The notes beneath the pieces are model-generated. The model made no database searches. It was not told the DNA's origin and saw nothing but the letters and a program-made list of their open reading frames with translations. A stretch of DNA of 64,000 nt from Weeksellaceae bacterium (GTDB taxonomy: Bacteria > Bacteroidota > Bacteroidia > Flavobacteriales > Weeksellaceae). Numbering within the stretch: the stretch's first letter is position 1; each line of letters opens with the position of its first letter. The stretch covers positions 3,809 to 67,808 of the forward strand of contig JAKLPS010000022.1 of the NCBI GenBank assembly GCA_022013695.1, read 5' to 3'. Positions 1 to 9,517 of this stretch are shown piece after piece. The position numbers and the translations under genes were made by a program.

Positions 1-496
1 GCGCAATCCTGGCCACCTCCTGCCCTATCCTCCCGATCCCGATGATCCCGATGGTTTTGCCTCGCAGTTCGGTGCCTGCTTCATACTTTTTCTTAAGCGT
101 CGCAAACTCGGTGTGTCCTTTTACAGGCATTTGTCTGTTGGAGTCCTGAAGAAATCTGCAACCGGAGAAAAGGTGCGCAAAAACCAATTCTGCAACCGAT
201 TCCGACGAGGCGGCCGGCGTATTGATCACGTGTTTTCCCTTTTCTCGGGCGTATGCCACCTCGATGTTGTCCATCCCCACACCACCTCTTCCGATGATTT
301 GCAAACTGGGGCATTTATCCACCATTTCTTTGGTCACTTTCGTCGCACTTCTTACCAGCAAAACCGTTATTTCGTTTTCATTGATGTAAGTGATCAGATT
401 TTCCTGAGCCACTTTGTCGGTGATGACTTCGAAGCCGTTTTCTTTCAGCGCATCTATTCCGGACTGTGTCAAGCCGTCATTTGCAAGTACTTTCAT
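1..496 (-). CDS. D-3-phosphoglycerate dehydrogenase / D-isomer-specific 2-hydroxyacid dehydrogenase, N-terminal part (3-prime end outside window)
   Basis: My own minus-strand translation from the ATG at 494-496 reads MKVLANDGLTQSGIDALKENGFEVIT...LVRSATKVTKEMVDKCPSLQIIGRGGVGMDNIEVAYAREKGKHVINTPAASSESVAELVFAHL...GKTIGIIGIGRIGQEVARIA (GxGxxG NAD loop). It is absent from the ORF track because it runs off the window edge. Confidence 0.75.
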   Translation of the reverse strand, partial: MKVLANDGLTQSGIDALKENGFEVITDKVAQENLITYINENEITVLLVRSATKVTKEMVDKCPSLQIIGRGGVGMDNIEVAYAREKGKHVINTPAASSESVAELVFAHLFSGCRFLQDSNRQMPVKGHTEFATLKKKYEAGTELRGKTIGIIGIGRIGQEVARIA

Positions 497-555
497 TTTT
501 GTAAAATAATATTTTTTAAAGAGGATATTTCTGTTCGTTAATTATTTAGGAGCTT

Positions 556-660
556 AATCCTGCTATCCGCTCTATCTTTTTATTATTTTTCGCCCTCTAA
601 CTCCCTGCGGGGAGAACCAAAAATAATAAAAAGGATGCCGCTGCTATCAGGGCTAGGATT
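556..660. repeat. imperfect palindromic intergenic element (REP/MITE-like)
   Basis: The arm aatcctgctatccgctctatctttttattattttt faces aaaaataataaaaaggatgccgctgctatcagggctaggatt across a GC-rich centre (ctccctgcggggag). It lies between two convergent or adjacent genes. Confidence 0.4.
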
Positions 661-724
661 TTGGTGATCCAATGAAAAATTCCCGAAGACATAAGGTTGG
701 GAATTTTTGATTTGAATGATATTA

Positions 725-1126
725 TTAATCGCGGAAAACTTCTATCGTCACTTGTTTCTCGACCATATCTGTGAATTTTCCTTTGTATCGTGTTGCTTTT
801 ACAAGGTGATTATCGATCCAGTGATAGTTGCCGCCTCGCGGTTTCCCAAGCAGCACGCTGTGATATTTGAAACCGTGCTTTTTGAGCCAAGTTTCTGTGA
901 TTTCTCTTAGGTCTTCGGTTCGGGAACTGAAAAAACAGATTTGGTGACCCTCGTCATACCATTTGTTGATGGTTTCCAATGCGTCCGGAAAAGGCTCGCA
1001 AGTCACCATTCTTTCGGGCTCTTCATTAGGAACATCTTCTGTAATGGTACCATCGATATCGATCAGATAATTCTTAATACCGCCTTTCAGCATTGGGCTG
1101 AGATGTTCTTTGTATTCTAATTCCAT
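725..1126 (-). CDS. HAD-superfamily phosphatase-like protein
   Basis: 133 aa with the DIDGTIT motif (HAD motif I DxDxT) and a later GKPRGG segment. It is a compact single-domain protein. Confidence 0.6.
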   Translation of the reverse strand: MELEYKEHLSPMLKGGIKNYLIDIDGTITEDVPNEEPERMVTCEPFPDALETINKWYDEGHQICFFSSRTEDLREITETWLKKHGFKYHSVLLGKPRGGNYHWIDNHLVKATRYKGKFTDMVEKQVTIEVFRD

Positions 1127-1318
1127 ATTTGGTCAATTGAAGTTGCAAAATTAGCTTTTTCTTGGCACAATTACAAGTCCTGATCCAATGCTTAATAGAA
1201 TCTTAATTTTTATAGAAAATTGCGAAAAGACCCGAAAAAAATAAACTTCAACAAATTTCCAAAAATATAGATTTTCATTCAGTCATTGTCATCATAATGC
1301 AAAAGATGTTTTTTATAT

Positions 1319-2722
1319 TTGACGAAGAATAAAAAAACTATGGAAAAGAAACTCAAGCTTTGGGACGCGGTGATGATCGTGATGGGATCGATGATCGGGA
1401 GCGGAATTTTTATCGTGAGTGCCGATATTATGCGAAATCTCGGATCCGGATATTGGCTCATCGTGGTCTGGCTGATCACCGCCGTGATGACCGTCGCAGC
1501 CGCAATCAGCTACGGCGAACTCTCGGCAATGTTCCCAAAAGCGGGCGGACAATATACTTACATCACGGAGATTTTCGGGAAAATGATGGGATTTCTCTAC
1601 GGTTGGGGAATGTTTACCGTGATCCAAACCGGGACGATCGCGGCTGTGGCCGTCGCTTTCGGTAAGTTTACGGCCTATCTCATTCCTTCGCTAAATGACG
1701 CCGCGCCAATCTTCCAAAGTGGCGAATTTAAAATTACCTGGATTCAGATTTTGGCAATCGTCGTGATTCTTTTCCTCACTTTTGTGAATACGAAAGGCGT
1801 ACAGTTCGGGAAAATCTTACAGAATATTTTTACTTCCTCAAAGATCATTGCGCTCCTTGGATTGATTATTTTAGGTTTCATTTTGATCGACAAATCCAAT
1901 TGGAGCTCTAATATGAGTTTCGGTTGGGATGCTTTTCAGAATCTGAAACAAACGGAATGGACAAGGATTTCCGGCGCAACGCTTCTTGGGGGCATCGCCG
2001 CCGCGATGGTGGGTTCCGTTTTCAGTTCTGTCGCCTGGGAGAATGTGACTTTCATTTCCGGCGAGATCGAGAATCCTAAAAAGAATGTCGTGAAAGCTAT
2101 GATTCTAGGAACTTCGGCGGTAATGCTGCTTTATCTTTTGGTCAATTTTGTTTACCTGAATGCGCTTGACAGAGATTCTATCGCTTTCGCAGCGAATGAC
2201 AGAGTTGCGGTTGCGGCGGCTGAAAAAATGTTTGGAAATGCAGGCACGATCATCATTGCCGTTTTGGTAATGATCTCTACTTTTGGCTGCGTAAACGGCA
2301 TTGTTCTGGCAGGCGCAAGGGTTTTCCAGACGATGGCAAAAGACGGTTTATTCCTGAAACCTGCCATTGAAAATAACAAAAATGGTGTTCCTGAAAATTC
2401 ACTTTGGATGCAGGGATTCTGGGCAAGTTTGCTTTGCCTGAGCGGACAATACGGCGATCTTCTCGATATGATTTCTTTTGTAATCGTTCTTTTCTATATG
2501 ATTACAGTATTTGGTGTCATCTATCTTAGAATCAAAAAACCTGAAATGGAAAGAGGTTACCAAACGTTCCTTTATCCTTTCACTCCGATTTTATACTTGG
2601 TGATTGGAACCGTTTTTTGTGTTCTTTTATTCATCTATAAACCTCAATATACCTGGCCGGGATTAGGATTGATATTGATTGGATTGCCGGTTTATTTTTT
2701 TATTAATAAGAAAAAAGTATAA
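1319..2722 (+). CDS. amino acid permease (APC superfamily)
   Basis: 467 aa and polytopic. The N-terminal segment LWDAVMIVMGSMIGSGIFIVSADI and the segment ISYGELSAMFPKAGGQYTY are typical of APC transporters. Confidence 0.85.
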   Translation: MTKNKKTMEKKLKLWDAVMIVMGSMIGSGIFIVSADIMRNLGSGYWLIVVWLITAVMTVAAAISYGELSAMFPKAGGQYTYITEIFGKMMGFLYGWGMFTVIQTGTIAAVAVAFGKFTAYLIPSLNDAAPIFQSGEFKITWIQILAIVVILFLTFVNTKGVQFGKILQNIFTSSKIIALLGLIILGFILIDKSNWSSNMSFGWDAFQNLKQTEWTRISGATLLGGIAAAMVGSVFSSVAWENVTFISGEIENPKKNVVKAMILGTSAVMLLYLLVNFVYLNALDRDSIAFAANDRVAVAAAEKMFGNAGTIIIAVLVMISTFGCVNGIVLAGARVFQTMAKDGLFLKPAIENNKNGVPENSLWMQGFWASLLCLSGQYGDLLDMISFVIVLFYMITVFGVIYLRIKKPEMERGYQTFLYPFTPILYLVIGTVFCVLLFIYKPQYTWPGLGLILIGLPVYFFINKKKV

Positions 2723-2734
2723 TTTTCAATTCGT

Positions 2735-3187
2735 ATGAGAAGGATATACAAAATCATCTTAATAATATTCTCAGTTTTTGTAATCGCATTATTTATACAT
2801 CCAACAAAAGTAGTCTACGAACCTCGAGTAATTGGAAAAATTTTTGATGAAAACAATGAACCAATTCCAAATGCTACAGTCAGCAGCATCCAAGAAAACG
2901 AGACAATAAATAAAGAACACGGTTATCATGAATATGAAGACTATATTTCTCAAACAGTAAAAACTGACATCAATGGTAATTTTGAGTTATCAGAAAAATC
3001 AAGAATTGACTGGTTTCACACACCTTTAGATTTACCTATAGTTTGGTGTCATTCGGATTTACAAATTAGACAAAACGGCTTCAAAACTTACAGGACAAAA
3101 TTTGGAGAATATGAGAAATATAATTATAAATGTAGAGCTTGTAAGAATATTGAATTTCGTCCGATTGTAATTTTAAAAAAGAAATAA
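2735..3187 (+). CDS. hypothetical membrane-anchored protein
   Basis: 150 aa with an N-terminal TM helix. The segment NATVSS...TDINGNFEL resembles a carboxypeptidase-regulatory-like fold, but only weakly. Confidence 0.5.
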   Translation: MRRIYKIILIIFSVFVIALFIHPTKVVYEPRVIGKIFDENNEPIPNATVSSIQENETINKEHGYHEYEDYISQTVKTDINGNFELSEKSRIDWFHTPLDLPIVWCHSDLQIRQNGFKTYRTKFGEYEKYNYKCRACKNIEFRPIVILKKK

Positions 3188-3201
3188 TCAAATCTTCATA
3201 G

Positions 3202-3819
3202 ATGAAGCTCAAATCTATCTTCTCAAATCTAATCTCAAAGTATTCTGACAAAGAAAAACTGAAAATTGATTATTGGCAAGAAATTGAGAAATCATATTCC
3301 CAGAAAAGCAGAAAATATCATAATCTCACTCATCTTGAAAATATGATTTGGGAATTGGAAAATGTGAAAGAAGAAATCTTAGATTATGACGCTTTGATAT
3401 TTTCAGTCTTCTATCACGATATTATTTATAAAGCGACTTCGAAAGAAAACGAGGAAAAAAGTGCAGAAAAAGCAAAAATAAGTCTGGAAAAACTGGATAT
3501 TTCTGATGACAGAATAAGCAATATCTACAATCAAATTCTTGCTACAAAATCCCACAAAACAAATGATGATTCTGACACCAATTTTCTACTGGATGCCGAT
3601 TTAGCCATTCTTGGGAAAGATTGGAAAGTTTATGAAAATTATGTTCAACAAATCAGAGAGGAATATTCAATCTATCCAGATTTTCTTTATAAACCTGGTA
3701 GAAAAAAGGTTCTAACTTATTTTCTTGAATTCGAAGAGATTTTCAAAACGGATTATTTTAAAGAGAAATATGAGAGGATTGCGCGAGAAAATATTCAAAG
3801 GGAAGTTTCGATGTTATGA
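3202..3819 (+). CDS. HD-superfamily metal-dependent phosphohydrolase-like protein
   Basis: 205 aa with YHNLTHLENM and FYHDIIY (H...HD pattern). Confidence 0.55.
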   Translation: MKLKSIFSNLISKYSDKEKLKIDYWQEIEKSYSQKSRKYHNLTHLENMIWELENVKEEILDYDALIFSVFYHDIIYKATSKENEEKSAEKAKISLEKLDISDDRISNIYNQILATKSHKTNDDSDTNFLLDADLAILGKDWKVYENYVQQIREEYSIYPDFLYKPGRKKVLTYFLEFEEIFKTDYFKEKYERIARENIQREVSML

Positions 3820-3825
3820 TTGTTT

Positions 3826-4674
3826 TTATCCTTCCAACAAAAACTCCTTATAATTCCCCAAAAACTTCACATCTGCACCAATTGCCTTCAGTTCATCAAC
3901 AGAATTAATGTAAAGCACATCATCCCAACCACCAACAACGGTCACGAAGAAGAAATAATTTCCCAATTTGGTTTTCAGCGTTCGGGATTCTATTTTGCTA
4001 AGGTTCATATTTCGCCACGCAAAAACCGATAAAACCTGATGCAATCCTCCGGCGTGATCTTGTGGTAAAGTGATGAGCATTGCTGTTTTCTTACCGATAC
4101 TTTCCAGATGATTCTCGTAAGAATTTTCGGTTTTGGAAATGATGATGAATCTGGTGTGATTCTCCTCCACATCGTGAATGTTTTCATTAAGGATCTTCAA
4201 ACCGTATAATTCGGCAGCAAATTTATTCGCAACAGCCGCAATTTTCCGCTCCGGATTTTCGGAAACACGTTTTGCAGCCGCAGCTGTGGAAGCGAATTCC
4301 TGTTTCGGAACGTCGGGATAATTTTTATTAAGAGAATGAAAACTCTGAGCTAAAGCCTGCGGATGAGAATAGATTTTCTCGATAGAATCTTCATTTTCCT
4401 GACCTGGATGAATCATCAGATGATGCGCGATTGGCATTATGGCTTCCGCTTCAATCTTAATTTCCGGCGTTTGATACAGATAATCCAAGGTCATAGAAAC
4501 CGTCCCTTCTATCGAGTTTTCCAACGGAACAACCGCCTTGTCCACCTCATCGTTCTGAACTGACAAAAAGCAATCCAAAATATTGACCTTAGGAAATAGT
4601 TCTTCATTTGGGAACAATTGCGTTGCAGCACGCTGCGTAAAAGAAGCTTCGGGACCGAGGAATGCTATTTTCAT
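3826..4674 (-). CDS. pheA: prephenate dehydratase
   Basis: 282 aa. MKIAFLGPEASFTQRAA is followed by a PDT domain and a C-terminal ACT-like segment (ESRTLKTKLGNYFFFV). Confidence 0.85.
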   Translation of the reverse strand: MKIAFLGPEASFTQRAATQLFPNEELFPKVNILDCFLSVQNDEVDKAVVPLENSIEGTVSMTLDYLYQTPEIKIEAEAIMPIAHHLMIHPGQENEDSIEKIYSHPQALAQSFHSLNKNYPDVPKQEFASTAAAAKRVSENPERKIAAVANKFAAELYGLKILNENIHDVEENHTRFIIISKTENSYENHLESIGKKTAMLITLPQDHAGGLHQVLSVFAWRNMNLSKIESRTLKTKLGNYFFFVTVVGGWDDVLYINSVDELKAIGADVKFLGNYKEFLLEG

Positions 4675-4702
4675 TTACAAAATTTAAACAATCAAAAATA
4701 GA

Positions 4703-5197
4703 TTATAATAATGATTTGCCCAAGATGACAAGACTTTGTTTTTCGCCATCGAGTTCGGCAATATTTTTGAGATTGCCCCAAAGTTCAAAGCCAAATTTTT
4801 CAAACAAATTAAGACTTGGGAGATTGTGGGCGAAGATAAACGCCAGCAGATTTTCAATTCCCAAATCGGGACATTTTTCTAGAGCTGATTTTAGGACTTC
4901 CTGACCAAAACCTTTTCCACGAAATTTTTCATCGATGTAAATGCTGATCTCAGCGGTTTTCTGATAAGCCGGCCGGCCGTAGAAATCCTGAAAACTAACC
5001 CAGCCCATCGGTTTTTTTTGACCCTCTTCCACCATCCAGAGCGGTCTCGTCGCAGTGTTGTGCCGGTGAAACCACTCGACTTTACTTTGGACCGAAATAG
5101 GCTCCAGATCCGCCGTAACCAGCCTCGACGCAACCGTAGAATTGTAGATTTCTACGATTTTTGGAAGGTCATCTAAAGTAGCATCCCGAAAAATCAT
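4703..5197 (-). CDS. GNAT N-acetyltransferase (phosphinothricin-acetyltransferase-like)
   Basis: 164 aa with EKFRGKGFGQEVL as the acetyl-CoA binding motif (R/QxxGxG). Confidence 0.75.
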   Translation of the reverse strand: MIFRDATLDDLPKIVEIYNSTVASRLVTADLEPISVQSKVEWFHRHNTATRPLWMVEEGQKKPMGWVSFQDFYGRPAYQKTAEISIYIDEKFRGKGFGQEVLKSALEKCPDLGIENLLAFIFAHNLPSLNLFEKFGFELWGNLKNIAELDGEKQSLVILGKSLL

Positions 5198-5286
5198 TTT
5201 TTTATTATTAAAATGTTGATTTGTAAATTGTTAAACTGCTTAATCAACCCTTTTTGAACAATTTTACAAATGCACTATTTTACAAT

Positions 5287-6438
5287 TTAGCCAATGGAAT
5301 TAAAAGCCTGTTCCAGATCTGCAATGAGATCTTCTGCATCTTCGATCCCGACGCTTAATCTTACCAAATCATCGGTGATTCCCAACGCTGCTCTTTTCTC
5401 TTCCGGGATGGATGCGTGCGTCATCAAAGCCGGAAGGTTTGCCAAAGATTCTACGCCGCCAAGTGATTCTGCGAGCGTGAAAATTTTGATATTTTCCAAA
5501 AATTTTATGGCGTCTTCTTTCTTCCCCGATTTGAAAGTGAAAGAAACCATTCCGCCAAAATCCGCCATTTGTAGCGTGGCCAAATCGTATTGCGGATGAG
5601 ACGACAGTCCCGGATAATACACTTTCTCGACTAAAGAATGGTTCTCCAAATATTTTGCAATCTCGAAACCGTTGTCCGAATGTCTCTGCATTCTGAGGGA
5701 CAAAGTTTTGATGCCTCTCAAAACCAAATAAGAATCGTGAGGTCCCAAAATACCACCGCTCGCAAACTGGATGAAATGCAGTTTCTCTCCCAATTCTGCG
5801 TCTTTGGCAATCAGTGCTCCGGCGATAACGTCGGAATGACCGCCCAGATATTTTGTAGCGGAATGCATCACAATATCAGCGCCAAGATCCAAAGGTTTTT
5901 GAATGTAAGGTGTTGCAAATGTGTTATCTACAGCCACCAGAATATCTTTTCCTTTTACGGTTTCAGCGACCATTTTGATGTCCACGAGTTTCATCAAAGG
6001 ATTGGTCGGCGTTTCCAGCCAGATTAGTTTTGTTTTATCGCTAATGACATTTTCCAACTGTTCCACATTATCAAAACCGATGAACGTAAATTTCAGTTGG
6101 TATTTCTCGAATAATCGGGTGAACATTCGGTAAGAACCGCCGTAAAGATCGTCTACTGCGATGACTTCGTCGCCGGGATTTAGCAATTTCAAAACACAAT
6201 CGATCGCCGCCAAACCGGAACCGAAAGCCAAACCTCTCGCGCCGTTTTCGATGCTTGCCAAACTGTCTTCCAAAGCCTGTCTTGTGGGATTTGCGCCCCT
6301 TGAATATTCGTAACCGGAAATCAATTGTCCGGGGCTTTTCTGTGCAAATGTTGAGGTTAAAAATATGGGAACATTGACTGCGCCGGTTGCCGGCTCGTGC
6401 TGTTGTCCGCCGTGAATAACTTTTGTATTGAATTTCAT
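5287..6438 (-). CDS. PLP-dependent Cys/Met metabolism enzyme (cystathionine gamma-synthase/beta-lyase family)
   Basis: 383 aa. HSATKYLGGHSD contains the PLP-lysine motif of this family. Confidence 0.85.
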   Translation of the reverse strand: MKFNTKVIHGGQQHEPATGAVNVPIFLTSTFAQKSPGQLISGYEYSRGANPTRQALEDSLASIENGARGLAFGSGLAAIDCVLKLLNPGDEVIAVDDLYGGSYRMFTRLFEKYQLKFTFIGFDNVEQLENVISDKTKLIWLETPTNPLMKLVDIKMVAETVKGKDILVAVDNTFATPYIQKPLDLGADIVMHSATKYLGGHSDVIAGALIAKDAELGEKLHFIQFASGGILGPHDSYLVLRGIKTLSLRMQRHSDNGFEIAKYLENHSLVEKVYYPGLSSHPQYDLATLQMADFGGMVSFTFKSGKKEDAIKFLENIKIFTLAESLGGVESLANLPALMTHASIPEEKRAALGITDDLVRLSVGIEDAEDLIADLEQAFNSIG

Positions 6439-6520
6439 AATATTAATTTATTAATGGACCAGTTTATCAGTCTATCAATGATTGTTACATTGTTAGACTT
6501 TAAATTACTACCTTGATTTT

Positions 6521-6847
6521 CTACATTTTTATTGCCGATTTCACTGCGAAATCCTCAGCCACTTCTTCCAGCCACTGAGAAACATCTTCTTCGCCGGTTG
6601 CGCGCAGATAAGTCTGCCCGAGAGAGATGATAATCTGATGATAAAAGCGCTTCATATGATCTACGGGCATATCTTTGGTCCAAAGATCGATTCTCAAAGC
6701 TTCGGAGGTTTTCTCGTCCCAGACGGAGATCATCACGGCTTTGGTTTCCTGATTTTCCACGCCGCCATCTTCGGCATTCCAAGTCATTTTTTCGGGAACG
6801 TGATTGTCGTCCAACTCTATATCTACTGTGATTTTTGTTTTACGCAT
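6521..6847 (-). CDS. gldC: gliding motility protein GldC
   Basis: 108 aa. The string DDNHVPEKMTWNAEDGG...VMISVWDEKTSEALRIDLWTKDMPVDHMKRFYHQ matches what I remember of GldC, and it lies immediately downstream of gldB as in Flavobacterium. Confidence 0.8.
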   Translation of the reverse strand: MRKTKITVDIELDDNHVPEKMTWNAEDGGVENQETKAVMISVWDEKTSEALRIDLWTKDMPVDHMKRFYHQIIISLGQTYLRATGEEDVSQWLEEVAEDFAVKSAIKM

Positions 6848-6933
6848 TTGCTTATATTCAGATTAAATGATTAAAAAATTGAAAAATATGGATTGAATAA
6901 AAATAATTAATAATTTATCATTGCCATTAATGA

Positions 6934-7917
6934 TTACTTCGGTCTGTAACCCGATCCGTTGAAAATTTCTGTGGCATTTTTCTTCAAAAAAACCTGCAAT
7001 TTTTCTTCAGGATGGGCTTTCAAATAATGCTTGCAAATCTGCCAGCCTGTCCAGATTGCAATCTGCGGCGAACTTTCCCGATCCACTTCTGTATAAAATT
7101 TGGAGAAAGGCCCCGGCGTGATGAATCGCTCGGCAAGATCGGGATCTGAACTGAAAAGCAAATCATTCTCCACGAAATAATTCCAAATATTGGCTTCATT
7201 CGCAACCGCCCAATCGTATTGCGCTTTGGAATAATTGATTTTCAAATGATCTGCAACATTTGGCAAAAACGCATCTTGCAAAATTTGAATTTTGCCCTGA
7301 TAAACCATTTGGTCGAGAAACTTCTGCTGATCCGGCCGAAGAGGAACCAATCTCGCTGCATAAAAAGCGGAAATTTTCGGAACCATATTTTCCGGGTTCA
7401 TCGATTTTTGGAAATAAAGATCGAGACTTTTATAATTATGATTCCCCTCGCCCAGAAATCCTGTGATATCCACAAAAAGCATATTGCGGTCTTCCCTCAA
7501 AAAAATAGGATCGACAACGCTGGGCGGATCTACCACAGATGAATAGAGATAGACGTGAGGCGGCTGAAATTTCGGAAAATAATTTTTGATATGCGAGAAA
7601 AGATCGGTCAAATCTTTTTGCAGCTTCCGCTGATGGATCTTAGAAATCGCTTCTTTGTAAATGCGGATTTCCATCGTGTCTTTTCGCCGATCGCCGTAAT
7701 CTTCGTCAGAAACCGAGCCCTGAAACCACGGATATTTTTTTTTGAAATCTTCCAAATTGACCGAAGAATTGTAGAACTCGCCGGACAAATCGGTGATCTG
7801 CACTTTCCTGACAGGATTCTTGATCTCGACGTCCCATTGATTTTTATTTTCCTTTTTGCAAGCGAATAAACTAAAAACAATTATAGCCGAAAAAGAGATA
7901 GATCGGAAAAACTTCAT
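6934..7917 (-). CDS. gldB: gliding motility lipoprotein GldB
   Basis: I chose the internal Met (cat at 7915-7917), which gives MKFFRSISFSAIIVFSLFAC, a lipoprotein signal with Cys. Adjacent to gldC and divergent from nadE. The ORF-track start at 8019 would overlap nadE. Confidence 0.75.
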   Translation of the reverse strand: MKFFRSISFSAIIVFSLFACKKENKNQWDVEIKNPVRKVQITDLSGEFYNSSVNLEDFKKKYPWFQGSVSDEDYGDRRKDTMEIRIYKEAISKIHQRKLQKDLTDLFSHIKNYFPKFQPPHVYLYSSVVDPPSVVDPIFLREDRNMLFVDITGFLGEGNHNYKSLDLYFQKSMNPENMVPKISAFYAARLVPLRPDQQKFLDQMVYQGKIQILQDAFLPNVADHLKINYSKAQYDWAVANEANIWNYFVENDLLFSSDPDLAERFITPGPFSKFYTEVDRESSPQIAIWTGWQICKHYLKAHPEEKLQVFLKKNATEIFNGSGYRPK

Positions 7918-7992
7918 TATTTTTACATTAAGATTTTCGAAAAGCAAAAATACTGCTTTAAATTTTGAATCAAGGATTTTAAAATAAAAATT

Positions 7993-8784
7993 ATGCAGAC
8001 ACAGAAAGTTATAAATCACATCGTCAACTGGCTAAAGGATTATGCAAGCAACGCAAAAGTAAACGGCTTCATAATAGGCGTTTCCGGAGGGATAGATTCT
8101 GCCGTGGTTTCTACTTTGGCTGCAAAAACAGGGCTTAAAACCTTGGTTTTGGAGATGCCCATCCGCCAAAAAGCGGATCAGGTGGACAGAGCGCAGGATC
8201 ACATCGATTTTTTGAAAGCTAATTTCCCGAATGTCGAAGGTTTCACTGTGGATCTCACACCCGTTTTCGAAAGTTTTGAAAAAGTGGTGGATGATTATAA
8301 GGAAGGCGCCTGGAGCAAAAATCTGGCGCTTGCCAATACCAGATCGCGTTTCCGAATGGTAACGCTTTATTATTATGGACAGCTCAATGGACTTTTGGTT
8401 ACAGGAACCGGAAATAAAGTGGAAGATTTCGGAATAGGCTTCTACACCAAATACGGCGATGGCGGCGTAGACATCTCGCCTATTGCCGATCTGTACAAGA
8501 CTCAGATTTACGAAATTGCCAAAGAACTTAACATCTTGGAAAGCATTCAAAAAGCTGCTCCTACAGATGGGCTTTGGGATGCCGACAAAACGGATGAAGA
8601 CCAAATCGGTGCCAGCTATCCCGAACTCGAATGGGCAATGGAACAGCAAAAAAAAGGGAAAACCCCGGCAGATTTCGACGGAAGACCAAAAGAGGTGCTG
8701 GAAATCTATCTGAAATTCCACAATGCCACGCAGCACAAGATGAATCCGATCCCAATATGTGAAATTCCCGAAGATTTGAAATAA
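7993..8784 (+). CDS. nadE: ammonia-dependent NAD+ synthetase
   Basis: 263 aa with GVSGGIDSAV, the SGGxDS PP-loop motif. Confidence 0.9.
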   Translation: MQTQKVINHIVNWLKDYASNAKVNGFIIGVSGGIDSAVVSTLAAKTGLKTLVLEMPIRQKADQVDRAQDHIDFLKANFPNVEGFTVDLTPVFESFEKVVDDYKEGAWSKNLALANTRSRFRMVTLYYYGQLNGLLVTGTGNKVEDFGIGFYTKYGDGGVDISPIADLYKTQIYEIAKELNILESIQKAAPTDGLWDADKTDEDQIGASYPELEWAMEQQKKGKTPADFDGRPKEVLEIYLKFHNATQHKMNPIPICEIPEDLK

Positions 8785-8830
8785 GCCTCACAAAACAAAA
8801 CACAAGATTTAAGACATCAAAAAACCATCT

Positions 8831-9484
8831 ATGAAAACTAAAATTCTACTTTCTGCTTTTAGTCTTTTCGCTTTCGCTTCTGCCTTTCATTCTCAGGAAA
8901 CCAAAACGGACGAAGCAACGGCTGCTGCTCCTGCGGCAGTTATCGACCGGCTCAATATTCCCGGACCGCTAACCTTCAATAATAATGAATACCTCCTGAC
9001 CTGGAGCAAGCAAAACTCTCCCACTTGGGCGCAGCAGCAATATATAATGAGAGATGATGATTTCAATAATTACAAGGAGCTCATCAATATTTCGTATTTC
9101 GACAAAGAAATCCCGTTGGAGACAGCCGTAAAACAAAAAGTGGAATATGTAGAAAAGAGAAAAGAGGCGACTAAGGACAAATATTCGTTCGTAAATGTGA
9201 CGGAAAGCCCCGACGGCAAAGAAATCGTGGTAGATTATCTCGTGACTGTGGTTTCAAAAGATGCCGAACCTTACGCAGAGTACAATATGGATCGTTTCAA
9301 AAGTTACGACGCCGGCGGCAAAAAATCTTTTGTCATCTTTTCTTTCTCCAAAAGAATTGCAGGCGATTTGAAATATGCTACAAAAGCCTTGTCTAAACAG
9401 CGAAGCCAACTGATGGAAGCCATCATCACCACGCCGGTTCCGCCCGTCACTTATAAGCCAACGGCGGTTGAACCAAAGAAATAG
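8831..9484 (+). CDS. hypothetical secreted protein
   Basis: 217 aa with an N-terminal signal peptide (MKTKILLSAFSLFAFASAFHSQ). I recognise no motif. Confidence 0.6.
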   Translation: MKTKILLSAFSLFAFASAFHSQETKTDEATAAAPAAVIDRLNIPGPLTFNNNEYLLTWSKQNSPTWAQQQYIMRDDDFNNYKELINISYFDKEIPLETAVKQKVEYVEKRKEATKDKYSFVNVTESPDGKEIVVDYLVTVVSKDAEPYAEYNMDRFKSYDAGGKKSFVIFSFSKRIAGDLKYATKALSKQRSQLMEAIITTPVPPVTYKPTAVEPKK

Positions 9485-9517
9485 TCTTAGCAAATTTCAG
9501 ATGATAACTGTTGGATA

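Noticed and set aside
113-541. 142-aa plus-strand ORF at the window start.
   Set aside because: It lies antisense to a clearly recognisable dehydrogenase N-terminus on the minus strand that the ORF track omits because it runs off the edge.
8032-8736. 234-aa ORF antisense to nadE.
   Set aside because: The plus-strand ORF carries the SGGxDS PP-loop and full NadE similarity. The antisense frame has a low-complexity F/I/C-rich composition.
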